Notes under the pieces: model-generated
What the model saw: only the letters and a program-made list of their open reading frames with translations
Database searches by the model: none
What the model was told of the DNA's origin: nothing
Shown here: positions 27,545 to 36,218 of the stretch, piece after piece
Position numbering within the stretch: the first letter of the stretch is position 1
Layout: each line of letters opens with the position of its first letter
Position numbers and translations under genes: made by a program
Assembly (NCBI GenBank): GCA_015061915.1
Contig: SUVR01000002.1
Span: forward strand, 60,670 to 124,669
Origin: Lentisphaerota bacterium
Lineage (GTDB): Bacteria; Verrucomicrobiota; Lentisphaeria; Victivallales; UBA1829
Reading direction: 5' to 3'
Length of the DNA stretch: 64,000 nt

Positions 27545-28423
27545 TTATCCTTTGAGGATCTGCGTGCCGACGCCATGGGCAGTGAAGATTTCCAGCAACA
27601 GGGAATGAGGCAATCTGCCATCGATCATGTGTACCTGGGAAACGCCTTTTTCCAAAGCTTCCACGCAACCGCGGATCTTGGGCAGCATACCGCCGGAAAG
27701 GATGCCTTCTTCAATCAGACCCGGCACTTCAGTGGTATGGATCGTAGAAATCAGGCTGTTTTCGTCTTTCGGATCTTCCAGGATCCCCGGCACATCGCTC
27801 AGGAACACCAATTTCCGTGCATTCAGAGCCTTGGCAAGCTCACAGGCTGCCGTATCTGCATTGATATTGTAGACCTGTCCATGGAAATCCTGTGCAAGCG
27901 GCGTGATCACAGGGATCGCCCGGAAGTTGAGAGCATCTTTCACCGCACGGACATCCGCAGCAATGATCTCGCCGACAAAACCGATATCAATAGGCGCACC
28001 CGTTTCTGCATCTTTGGAATAGAGCTTTTTGGCACGGAGCAATTTTTTTCCGGAAATGGAAGCACCGGCACCACCGGCAGCAATGATCCCGCCGACAAGC
28101 AGTTTGTTATTGTAATTATGCAGCACATCATCCACTACATCAATGGTCTTTTCATCGGTCACACGCAGACCGTTGATGAATTTGGTTTCGATGTTCAGCT
28201 CTTTCAGACGGGCTGTAATGGCCTTGCCGCCACCGTGGACGATCACCGGTTTCATGCCGATCGCTTCCATGAGGACAATATCCCGCATGGCTTTTTCGAT
28301 CAGGACCGTATCTTCCATGGCGCTGCCGCCAAACTTGATGACCACAATTTCGTCCCGGAACTGCTGGATATAGGGCAGAGCTTCCGTCAGGACATCGGCT
28401 TTTCCGATCAGTTTCTGCATCAT
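27545..28423 (-). CDS. argB: acetylglutamate kinase
   Basis: AAK-family motifs VIKFGGSAM and VIVHGGG, typical ArgB length. ATG-ATG at 28423/28420. The track start at 28444 is a TTG. Confidence 0.9.
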   Translation of the reverse strand: MMQKLIGKADVLTEALPYIQQFRDEIVVIKFGGSAMEDTVLIEKAMRDIVLMEAIGMKPVIVHGGGKAITARLKELNIETKFINGLRVTDEKTIDVVDDVLHNYNNKLLVGGIIAAGGAGASISGKKLLRAKKLYSKDAETGAPIDIGFVGEIIAADVRAVKDALNFRAIPVITPLAQDFHGQVYNINADTAACELAKALNARKLVFLSDVPGILEDPKDENSLISTIHTTEVPGLIEEGILSGGMLPKIRGCVEALEKGVSQVHMIDGRLPHSLLLEIFTAHGVGTQILKG

Positions 28424-28444
28424 AATTCTATCGTTTCCTTTCAA

Positions 28445-29692
28445 TCAGGTATGATAATCGGCATTGATCTTGACATATTCGTAGGAGATGTCGCTGGTCC
28501 AGATATTATGGGAGGCATTCCCTGCTCCCAGATCCAGTTTCAGCGTGAAGCTGTTGCGGCGCAGGACTTCCACCAGTTCTGCCTCCGGCGTACCGGCATC
28601 CATACCACCGCGGACAACGGGCATTTCATCGTAATCCAGGGACACATTTTCCGGCTGGAACGTTGCACCGGAGTAACCGGCAGCGGCAAGGACACGCCCC
28701 CAGTTGGGATCGCATCCGAACCAGGCAGTCTTGCAGAGCATGGAGTCTGCGATCGCCTTGGCGCAGCGGCGTGCATCCGCTTCACTGGCAGCACCGGTGA
28801 CTTCCACAGAGACCATCTTGGTGGTGCCTTCGCCATCCATGACCATATTCTTTGCCAGATACTGCACGACCATTACCAGCGCTTTACGGAAAAGTTCTTC
28901 CCCATTCCCGGCAGAGATCTTCACGCCGGAGGCACCGTTGGCAAAGATCAGACAGGTATCGTTGGTACTCATATCGTTGTCCACCGTGATCCGGTTGAAG
29001 GACTTGTCTACAGCATCTTCCAGCCAGTTGCCGAGGGTTGCATTGTCGATCGCGGCATCCGTGGTGATGTAACAGAGCATGGTGGCGTGGGGTTTTGCCA
29101 GAAGCATCCGGGGGGCGATCATACCTGCGCCCTTGGTCATACCACCGACCGTAACGGTTTTTCCTTCATATTCAAAGGAAACTGCCGTGGTTTTCGTGCG
29201 TGTATCTGTGGTAATGATGGCTTCCGAAGCGGCGTGTCCGCCATCCGCAGAAAGCTGATCCGCCGCCATATTGATCCCGGCAGCGATCTTTTCCATAGGA
29301 AGCTGAACACCGATTCTGCCGGTGGAACTGACAAGCACATCTTCCGGTTCGATCCCCAGACGGGCAGCAGTCTTTTCCGCCATCTGCACCGCACTCTGAT
29401 AGCCGGTCAGACCGGTACAGGCATTGGCAACACCGCTGTTGACGACTACGGCACGGACCGTTTCACGGCTTGCACACCGTTCGCGGCAAAGCTGCACAGG
29501 AGCAGCAGGGAAGAGATTGCTGGTAAAAGTTCCTGCAAAATTACAGGGCTGTTCCGAAAAAAGCATAGCGAAATCCGGTTTCCCGCTTTTTTTGAGACCG
29601 CAGGAAACACCGGACGCCCGAAAACCGGCAGGGCTGGTCACGCTGCCGTTTTCCACAAAACCGGGCATAAAATCCACTTGTTCGTTCATCAT
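28445..29692 (-). CDS. argJ: bifunctional glutamate N-acetyltransferase / amino-acid acetyltransferase
   Basis: ArgJ autoprocessing region ...HATMLCYITTDA and the conserved C-terminus ...YVKINADYHT. The ATG at 29692 has an AGGTGA RBS. The track start at 29725 is a TTG. Confidence 0.9.
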   Translation of the reverse strand: MMNEQVDFMPGFVENGSVTSPAGFRASGVSCGLKKSGKPDFAMLFSEQPCNFAGTFTSNLFPAAPVQLCRERCASRETVRAVVVNSGVANACTGLTGYQSAVQMAEKTAARLGIEPEDVLVSSTGRIGVQLPMEKIAAGINMAADQLSADGGHAASEAIITTDTRTKTTAVSFEYEGKTVTVGGMTKGAGMIAPRMLLAKPHATMLCYITTDAAIDNATLGNWLEDAVDKSFNRITVDNDMSTNDTCLIFANGASGVKISAGNGEELFRKALVMVVQYLAKNMVMDGEGTTKMVSVEVTGAASEADARRCAKAIADSMLCKTAWFGCDPNWGRVLAAAGYSGATFQPENVSLDYDEMPVVRGGMDAGTPEAELVEVLRRNSFTLKLDLGAGNASHNIWTSDISYEYVKINADYHT

Positions 29693-29747
29693 TTCACCTG
29701 ATGTTTGTTTCACGTTAAGAGACAATACTATTATAATATAGCACGCA

Positions 29748-30191
29748 TTATCGCTTCAGGCTACCTGTTTCTGCTACAATTTTCAAAGAAATTCCACCTC
29801 TGGGCATAAAATCGCCGGTAACTTCCATCCAACGGGGCTCACAAGCCTTGGAAAGATCACTCAAAACACGGTTCACCACTTCTTCATGGAAAGAGTGGAA
29901 ATTCCGGTAGGAAAAGAGATAAAGTTTCAGCGCTTTGCTCTCAACACATTTTTTATCCGCAATGTACTTGATCGTAATGTGTCCGAAGTCCGGCTGACCG
30001 GTCACAGGGCAGAGGCTTGTAAACTCCGGGCAATCGAAAGTGATGATATAATCCCGTTCGGGATATTTGTTATCAAACGTTTCGATCACAGCCTTTTCCG
30101 GTGTATCCGGATACTCGGTGCGACTTTTTCCGAGAAGGGTAAGTCCACGGTTATTCTGTTCTGCATTTTCCGCAATTTTCTTCTTTGCCAT
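29748..30191 (-). CDS. queF: NADPH-dependent 7-cyano-7-deazaguanine reductase (unimodular type)
   Basis: 147 aa. Catalytic Cys motif SLCPVTGQPDFG and the QueF motif ESKALKLYLFSYRN. Confidence 0.9.
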   Translation of the reverse strand: MAKKKIAENAEQNNRGLTLLGKSRTEYPDTPEKAVIETFDNKYPERDYIITFDCPEFTSLCPVTGQPDFGHITIKYIADKKCVESKALKLYLFSYRNFHSFHEEVVNRVLSDLSKACEPRWMEVTGDFMPRGGISLKIVAETGSLKR

Positions 30192-30357
30192 AGCATTTTC
30201 CTTTCAATTTTATGCTGAAAGTCAAAAAAAAGTGAATTTTCTTTGATTTTAAACTTGATTGCAGCCAAACCGGGAATATATTAGATTAGTTTTTGAAAAT
30301 TTCCAGTAAGAAAGTAAACTTTTTATAAAAAAACTTTAAAGAACGAAGGAGAGCAAG

Positions 30358-30813
30358 ATGAAGTTCGGCAAAAAAATCCTTTTGGCTGCCATTCTGATGA
30401 CGATGGTTGGCTTCGAACTGTCCGCAATCGACAACATGAACACCCGCCCGGATGAACCCATGGGCTACGAAAACTACTGGAGCTGCATCAGCCGCAAGTT
30501 GGGTCGCGGTATCTGCAACACTGCTTTCGGTGCGATCGAAATTCCCCTCCAGATGGCAAAGACCTCTGCTGAAGAAGGCGGTTTTGCCGGTCTGACTGCC
30601 GGTACCCTCAAGGGCGTCGGCTACTGCATCGGCCGTGAAGTTGCCGGTATTGTTGATATCCTCACCTTCTTCATGCCGCTCCCGGGTCTGTCCAATGATC
30701 CCGAACACGGCGCCGGTTGGGGCTATGGTCCGTTCTTCACTCCCGAATGGATCCTCACTCCCTCCACCGATCCGTACAATGTGGCTTATCCCCAGACCGG
30801 TTACATCGACTGA
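30358..30813 (+). CDS. small secreted protein resembling the exosortase-system-associated TIGR04073 family
   Basis: 151 aa with a signal peptide. The pattern RKLGRGICNTAFGAIEIP...GTLKGVGYCIGREVAGIVDILTFFMPLP matches my recollection of TIGR04073 (KLGRG..N...G..EIP ... G..E..TF..P). Strong GGAG RBS. Confidence 0.5.
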   Translation: MKFGKKILLAAILMTMVGFELSAIDNMNTRPDEPMGYENYWSCISRKLGRGICNTAFGAIEIPLQMAKTSAEEGGFAGLTAGTLKGVGYCIGREVAGIVDILTFFMPLPGLSNDPEHGAGWGYGPFFTPEWILTPSTDPYNVAYPQTGYID

Positions 30814-30842
30814 TCATTCTGATTTGATCTGACGAAAGATTC

Positions 30843-30879
30843 AAGCCCGTTCAGCACAAACTGAACGGGCTTTTCTGTT
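30843..30879 (+). terminator. intrinsic terminator
   Basis: AAGCCCGTTCAG-cacaaa-CTGAACGGGCTT forms a 12-bp stem that runs into TTTTCTGTT. Confidence 0.8.
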
Positions 30880-30896
30880 ATACAGGCTGAAAAATC

Positions 30897-31661
30897 TCAG
30901 CCGTTCTGCCGCTCCTGATATTCCTTTGTAAAAAACAGCGGTTCTTTCTGAAGCTGTGCATACACGCAATCTCCGGCAAGGCGGGCATCCAGAACGATCA
31001 CATGGGCATCGCAAAGTTTTCCTTCGCTTAATGCGCCGCAGGCACGAAAAGGTCCTTCCATCTTCGCATAGTAAATGCTGTGTGCGCCTTTGTGGCGGCG
31101 GGAAGGCACTTCGATCCGGTTGCCATCGTAATCAAAAACAATCAGATTTTCCGTTTCCTCTGTCAACATCCCCGGTACAGGGAGCCATTCTTCCACTCCA
31201 TGCAGATAAGTATTGCTGGCAATGGACGCACCGACAAACAGGATCTTGGCGCCACGGTCATACAATCTGCCCCAGGGGGAGTTACGGTGCGCCGGAGAAT
31301 CGAATTTTTCATGCCCGGCAAGGAACGCTTCCGCATCCGGTCCGGCGGCAGCGATCGAATGAGTGGGGTGCAGAGAACGGCGCACTCCGGGCATTTTACG
31401 GAACAATTCGGTCAATATACCCGTAGTGCTGGGCGTATCCCGTACAGAAAATACCGGTTGATGCGCATTGACAAGATCCCAGGAAAGCGTGGGGAACGCC
31501 ACCAGACCGGGTTCAAAGTAATCCAGCAGAGCGTACAGGAATCCTTCGCCCCTGCCCTCAACTTCGCCAAGAGATTTTACGGATGAATGGATCAGAACGG
31601 TATCGGTGGGTTTCAAGCCGAGAACCGCAAGATCCTCCTTTATACTTGCGCGCGTATGCAT
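30897..31661 (-). CDS. aminoglycoside N3-acetyltransferase (AAC(3)/Antibiotic_NAT) family protein
   Basis: The ATG at 31661 gives MHTRASIKEDLAVLGLKPTDTVLIHSSVKSLGEVEGRGEG...FPTLSW..., typical of the AAC(3) family. The longer track start (31721) lacks an RBS. Confidence 0.7.
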   Translation of the reverse strand: MHTRASIKEDLAVLGLKPTDTVLIHSSVKSLGEVEGRGEGFLYALLDYFEPGLVAFPTLSWDLVNAHQPVFSVRDTPSTTGILTELFRKMPGVRRSLHPTHSIAAAGPDAEAFLAGHEKFDSPAHRNSPWGRLYDRGAKILFVGASIASNTYLHGVEEWLPVPGMLTEETENLIVFDYDGNRIEVPSRRHKGAHSIYYAKMEGPFRACGALSEGKLCDAHVIVLDARLAGDCVYAQLQKEPLFFTKEYQERQNG

Positions 31662-31855
31662 GAGTAATATCCTTTTCGTTTCATAAAAATGATTGAGACT
31701 TTTTGACGGAAAAGATAGCACCCCGCGACCGCTTTGTCAAGTTGTTTTTTTATCTTTCGTGGCAGAAGTCCGGCAAAATAAAAGAGTAAAAGTTTTTTTC
31801 AAAAATTTTAAAAAAATCACTTGAAAAAATTTTTGATTTTTTTTACATTCTGCGG

Positions 31856-31884
31856 TTGACATACACACCATATTGTGTTACATT
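31856..31884 (+). promoter_or_regulatory. putative sigma70 promoter of nrdG-nrdD-trxB (TTGACA-N17-TACATT)
   Basis: TTGACA at 31856-31861 and TACATT at 31879-31884. The spacer is occupied by NrdR box 1. An AT-rich UP-like tract lies at 31790-31850. Confidence 0.55.
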
Positions 31885-31912
31885 AGACAAAGAGAAACAC
31901 AAGATATTGTGG
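31863..31912 (+). promoter_or_regulatory. two tandem NrdR boxes
   Basis: ACACACCATATTGTGT (31863-31878) and ACACAAGATATTGTGG (31897-31912) both match the palindromic NrdR-box pattern acaCwAtATaTwGtgt. Start-to-start spacing is 34 bp. They lie directly upstream of a ribonucleotide reductase operon. Confidence 0.75.
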
Positions 31913-31984
31913 TTTTACCTGCAAGACTGCCCCAAAATCAGGCGTTTATCCTTGAAAAGCAAAACCTTGTGAAGAGTGGTCAGA

Positions 31985-32701
31985 ATGGAAACGAAAAATT
32001 TGAAATACGGATTGCAGAAAATGACGCTTCTGGACTTCCCCGGAAGAGTCGCCTGCACGGTGTTTTCCAGCGGATGCAACTTCCGCTGCCCCTTCTGCCA
32101 CAACGCAGGTCTTGTTCTGCCGGAAGCGGACCGTTCCATGTTGATGGATCAGGCGGAAGTTCTCGCATTCCTCCGCAAACGGCAGGGGCTGCTGGATGGC
32201 GTGTGTCTGACAGGCGGCGAACCGCTGCTCTTTGAAGAAAATCTGCACTTCATGCGTGAAATCAAAGCGCTGGGTTACGAAGTCAAACTGGATACCAACG
32301 GTGCTTTTCCGGAACGGTTGAAACAGGCAGTGGCGGAAGGTTTGGCTGACTATGTGGCAATGGATATCAAAAACGCCCCGGAAGCCTACGCAGAAACGGC
32401 AGGACTCCGGGTGGATCCGGAGCGGATCAGAGAAAGTGTTGCATTCCTGCTCTCCGGTACGGTCCCGTATGAATTCCGCACCACAGTGGTGTTGCCGTTC
32501 CATACAGCAGAACGGATGGACGCAATCGGGCAGTGGATCGCCGGGGCAGAAAAGTATTTCCTTCAGCAATACAAGGACCGGGATGTGGATCTGCTGGGCG
32601 ATCCGGCAACCATGTCACCCGCAGAAAAAGCACAGCTGGAAAACTTCCTGGCGATCGTGCGGAAATATGTTCCGGCAGCAGAACTGCGCGGCATCGAATG
32701 A
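31985..32701 (+). CDS. nrdG: anaerobic ribonucleoside-triphosphate reductase activating protein (radical SAM)
   Basis: Radical-SAM cluster motif SSGCNFRCPFCHN and GVCLTGGEPL. Adjacent to nrdD. ATG at 31985; the track start at 31976 is a GTG. Confidence 0.9.
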   Translation: METKNLKYGLQKMTLLDFPGRVACTVFSSGCNFRCPFCHNAGLVLPEADRSMLMDQAEVLAFLRKRQGLLDGVCLTGGEPLLFEENLHFMREIKALGYEVKLDTNGAFPERLKQAVAEGLADYVAMDIKNAPEAYAETAGLRVDPERIRESVAFLLSGTVPYEFRTTVVLPFHTAERMDAIGQWIAGAEKYFLQQYKDRDVDLLGDPATMSPAEKAQLENFLAIVRKYVPAAELRGIE

Positions 32702-32767
32702 GAAAAAATAAGTAAGTAAGACATAAGAATAAAGTAAAGAAGAAAAAAACGAAAGGAAAGACGGGCT

Positions 32768-35173
32768 ATGTATCAGGTACAGAAGCGTGACGGGAAAGTG
32801 GTGGACTTCAACATCAGCAAGATCGCAAGTGCGATCCGGCTGGCATTTGATGCCCAGGACAAGCAGAGCCATCCCTCAGTGATCGATTTTCTTGCACTGA
32901 AGGTTACGGCAGATTTTGAATCCAAGATCAAGGAAGGTCTGATTTCTGTGGAAGACATCCAGGACAGCGTGGAAGCGGTTCTGGTTCAGGGCGGTTATGC
33001 GGACGTTGCCAAGGCGTACATCATCTACCGCCGTCAGCACGAACAGCTGCGTAATGTGAAAAGCTCCATTCTCGACTACAAGAAGACGGTGGATGACTAC
33101 ATCAAGATCAATGACTGGCGCGTGAAAGAAAACTCCACGGTCACCTACTCTGTGGGCGGTCTGATCCTCTCCAACTCCGGTGCCATCACTGCCAACTACT
33201 GGCTGAGCGAAGGCTACGATGAAGAAATCGCCAACGCACACTACAATGCAGACATTCACCTGCATGACCTTTCCATGCTCACCGGTTACTGCGCCGGCTG
33301 GTCTCTGAAGCAGCTGATCCAGGTCGGTCTCGGCGGCGTCGGCGGCAAGATCACTTCCAAGCCCGCAAAGCACCTGGCGACCCTCTGCAACCAGATGGTC
33401 AACTTCCTCGGCATCATGCAGAATGAATGGGCGGGCGCACAGGCATTCTCCTCCTTTGATACCTATCTTGCTCCGTTCGTGAAGGCGGATAATCTGAGCT
33501 ATGAACAGGTCAAGAAGTGCATTGAATCCTTCATCTTCGGCGTGAACACGCCCTCCCGCTGGGGTACGCAGGCTCCCTTCTCCAACATTACGCTGGACTG
33601 GACTGTTCCCAACGACCTGGCGGAACTCAACGCCATTGTCGGCGGCAAGGAAATGCCTTTCAAGTACAAAGACTGCAAGAAGGAAATGGATATGGTCAAC
33701 CGCGCGTTCATCGAAACGATGATCGAAGGCGACGCCAACGGCCGCGGTTTCCAGTACCCGATCCCGACTTACAGCATCACCCGCGACTTCGACTGGTCCG
33801 AAACGGATAACAACAAACTGCTGTTTGAAATGACTTCCAAGTACGGTACGCCCTACTTCTCCAACTACATCAACAGCGACATGGAACCCAGCGACGTCCG
33901 CAGTATGTGCTGCCGTCTGCGCCTCGACCTGCGCGAACTCCGCAAGAAATCCGGCGGTTTCTTCGGCAGCGGTGAAAGCACCGGGTCCATCGGCGTTGTG
34001 ACGATCAATATGCCCCGTATCGGCTACCTGGCGACCAACAAGGAAAACTTCTATGAACGCCTGGATCACCTGATGGACATTGCGGCGCGCTCCCTCAAGA
34101 TCAAGCGTACCATCATCACCAAGCTGCTGGATGGCGGTCTCTATCCCTACACCAAGCACTATCTGGGATCCTTCGACAACCACTTCTCCACCATCGGTCT
34201 GGTCGGCATGAACGAAACCTGCCTGAACGCCAACTGGGTGGGCTGCGATCTGACGCACAAGGAAGCACAGGAATTCACGCAGGAAGTGCTGAACCATATG
34301 CGGGAACGCCTCTCCGATTATCAGGAAAAATACGGCGACCTGTACAACCTGGAAGCCACGCCCGCAGAATCCACGGCGTTCCGTCTGGCGAAGCACGACA
34401 AGAAGCGTTTTGCAGACATCATCACCGCCGGTGCCGATGGCGAAGCACCGTATTACACGAACAGCAGCCACCTGCCCGTCAGCTACACGGAAGACATCTT
34501 CACGGCTCTGGATATTCAGGATGACCTGCAGACCCTCTACACCTCCGGTACCGTGTTCCACGCCTTCCTGGGAGAAAAAATGCCGGATTGGAAGAGCGCT
34601 GCAACTCTCGTCCGCAAGATCGCAGAAAACTACAAACTGCCGTACTACACCCTCTCCCCGACCTATGCCGTCTGCAAGAACCACGGCTACATTGCCGGTG
34701 AAAAGTGGACCTGCCCCAAGTGCGGCGAACGCACGGAAGTTTACAGCCGTATCACCGGTTACTACCGCCCGGTCCAGAACTGGAACGACGGTAAGTCTCA
34801 GGAATTCCGCGAACGCAAGACCTACGACCAGAAGATCGCTCTGACCAAGGAACCGGAATGCAAGAAACTGGATCCGGTGGTCTCTGTGACCGATCCCGCC
34901 GTGGAAGCAGTCGCAGAAACCAAGCAGGGCAACGGCGATCCGGCACTGCTGCTCTTCACCACCAAGACCTGCCCCAACTGCAAACTGGCAAAACACTTCC
35001 TGGATAAAGCCGGCATTGAATACAAAGTGATGCTGGCGGAAGAATCCATGGATCTGGTCAACAAGCTGGGGATCAAGCAGACCCCGACGCTGGTGATCCA
35101 GGATGGCGACAGCGCTGACAAGATCGTGAACCTCTCCAACATCCGCAAGTTCACGGAAGAAAGCGTTGGCTGA
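32768..35173 (+). CDS. nrdD: anaerobic ribonucleoside-triphosphate reductase (class III) with C-terminal glutaredoxin-like domain fusion
   Basis: N-terminal ATP-cone, a Zn-ribbon CKNHGY...CPKCG and the glycyl-radical motif SRITGYYRPV. About 100 extra C-terminal residues end in a thioredoxin-fold segment, LLLFTTKTCPNCKLAKHFLDKAGIEYKVM...TPTLVI (nt 34943-35170). Confidence 0.95.
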   Translation: MYQVQKRDGKVVDFNISKIASAIRLAFDAQDKQSHPSVIDFLALKVTADFESKIKEGLISVEDIQDSVEAVLVQGGYADVAKAYIIYRRQHEQLRNVKSSILDYKKTVDDYIKINDWRVKENSTVTYSVGGLILSNSGAITANYWLSEGYDEEIANAHYNADIHLHDLSMLTGYCAGWSLKQLIQVGLGGVGGKITSKPAKHLATLCNQMVNFLGIMQNEWAGAQAFSSFDTYLAPFVKADNLSYEQVKKCIESFIFGVNTPSRWGTQAPFSNITLDWTVPNDLAELNAIVGGKEMPFKYKDCKKEMDMVNRAFIETMIEGDANGRGFQYPIPTYSITRDFDWSETDNNKLLFEMTSKYGTPYFSNYINSDMEPSDVRSMCCRLRLDLRELRKKSGGFFGSGESTGSIGVVTINMPRIGYLATNKENFYERLDHLMDIAARSLKIKRTIITKLLDGGLYPYTKHYLGSFDNHFSTIGLVGMNETCLNANWVGCDLTHKEAQEFTQEVLNHMRERLSDYQEKYGDLYNLEATPAESTAFRLAKHDKKRFADIITAGADGEAPYYTNSSHLPVSYTEDIFTALDIQDDLQTLYTSGTVFHAFLGEKMPDWKSAATLVRKIAENYKLPYYTLSPTYAVCKNHGYIAGEKWTCPKCGERTEVYSRITGYYRPVQNWNDGKSQEFRERKTYDQKIALTKEPECKKLDPVVSVTDPAVEAVAETKQGNGDPALLLFTTKTCPNCKLAKHFLDKAGIEYKVMLAEESMDLVNKLGIKQTPTLVIQDGDSADKIVNLSNIRKFTEESVG

Positions 35174-35175
35174 TC

Positions 35176-36111
35176 GTGGAAACCGGTATGACGGACTATG
35201 ATATCATCATCGCCGGTGCCGGTCCTGCCGGGCTGACAGCGGCGATCTATGCGCGGCGCGCCGGTAAATCCGTTCTCGTGCTGGAAAAAGCCGCTTTCGG
35301 CGGGCAGATCACACACTCGCCGAAAGTGGAGAACTATCCCGGTTTTCCCGTCATCAGCGGAAATGAGCTGGCGGAAAAATTGATGGATCAGGCTCTTGCC
35401 CTCGGTGCAGAAGTGGATGTGGATACAGTTATCGATGTGGTGGATCTGGGCGAATGGAAAAGCGTGATCACGGAAAGCAAGGAATACATTTGCAGTGCCG
35501 TGATCATCGCCTCCGGTTCCAAACACCGCACACTCGGTCTACCCAACGAGGAAGAACTGACCGGAAACGGCGTCTCCTACTGCGTGCTGTGCGATGGTGC
35601 GTTTTTTGCCGGGCGTGAAGTCGCTGTGATCGGCGGCGGCAACTCCGCTCTTCAGGAAGCGGTGCTGCTTTCCGAGACCTGCAGCAAAGTCACTGTAATC
35701 CAGAATCTCGGATTTCTGACCGGAGAAGAAAGCCTGATCAAAAATCTTCAGGCACGGCAGAACGTCCATTTCATCTTCAACACCATTGTAACGGGGTTGA
35801 ACGGGAAGGATGAACTGACCAGTCTGACGCTGAAAAATACGGAAAGCAATACGGAATCCGATTTTGCCGTAAACGGCATTTTCGTTGCCATCGGTCAGGT
35901 TCCGGAGAACAAGCCCTTTGCCGGGGTTTGCGATATTGACGAACGGGGCTATATCGTGGCAAATGAAACTTGCTGCACCCGCACTGCCGGTGTGTTTGTG
36001 GCAGGCGACTGCCGCACGAAAGGCATCCGTCAGATCACAACAGCAACCGGTGATGGTGCCAGCGCCGCACTTGCAGCCTGCAAGTATATCGAAGATACGC
36101 GCGTGCTGTAA
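35176..36111 (+). CDS. trxB: thioredoxin-disulfide reductase
   Basis: FAD motif DIIIAGAGPAGLTAAIYARRAG, redox-active CVLCDG and NADPH motif VAVIGGGNSALQEA. The start is either the GTG at 35176 (2 nt after the nrdD stop) or the ATG at 35188. Confidence 0.85.
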   Translation: METGMTDYDIIIAGAGPAGLTAAIYARRAGKSVLVLEKAAFGGQITHSPKVENYPGFPVISGNELAEKLMDQALALGAEVDVDTVIDVVDLGEWKSVITESKEYICSAVIIASGSKHRTLGLPNEEELTGNGVSYCVLCDGAFFAGREVAVIGGGNSALQEAVLLSETCSKVTVIQNLGFLTGEESLIKNLQARQNVHFIFNTIVTGLNGKDELTSLTLKNTESNTESDFAVNGIFVAIGQVPENKPFAGVCDIDERGYIVANETCCTRTAGVFVAGDCRTKGIRQITTATGDGASAALAACKYIEDTRVL

Positions 36112-36136
36112 AAAAGAATCTTACAGATACTTAACA

Positions 36137-36176
36137 GGGCTTGCTCCGCAAACTGCGGGGCAAGCCCGATTTTTTT
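36137..36176 (+). terminator. intrinsic terminator of the nrd-trxB operon
   Basis: GGGCTTGCTCCGCA-aac-TGCGGGGCAAGCCC (14-bp stem, 1 mismatch) followed by GATTTTTTT. Confidence 0.8.
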
Positions 36177-36218
36177 GAAATCGCAGACACTCCTGCAAAA
36201 CAGAACGGTATCCGGAAT

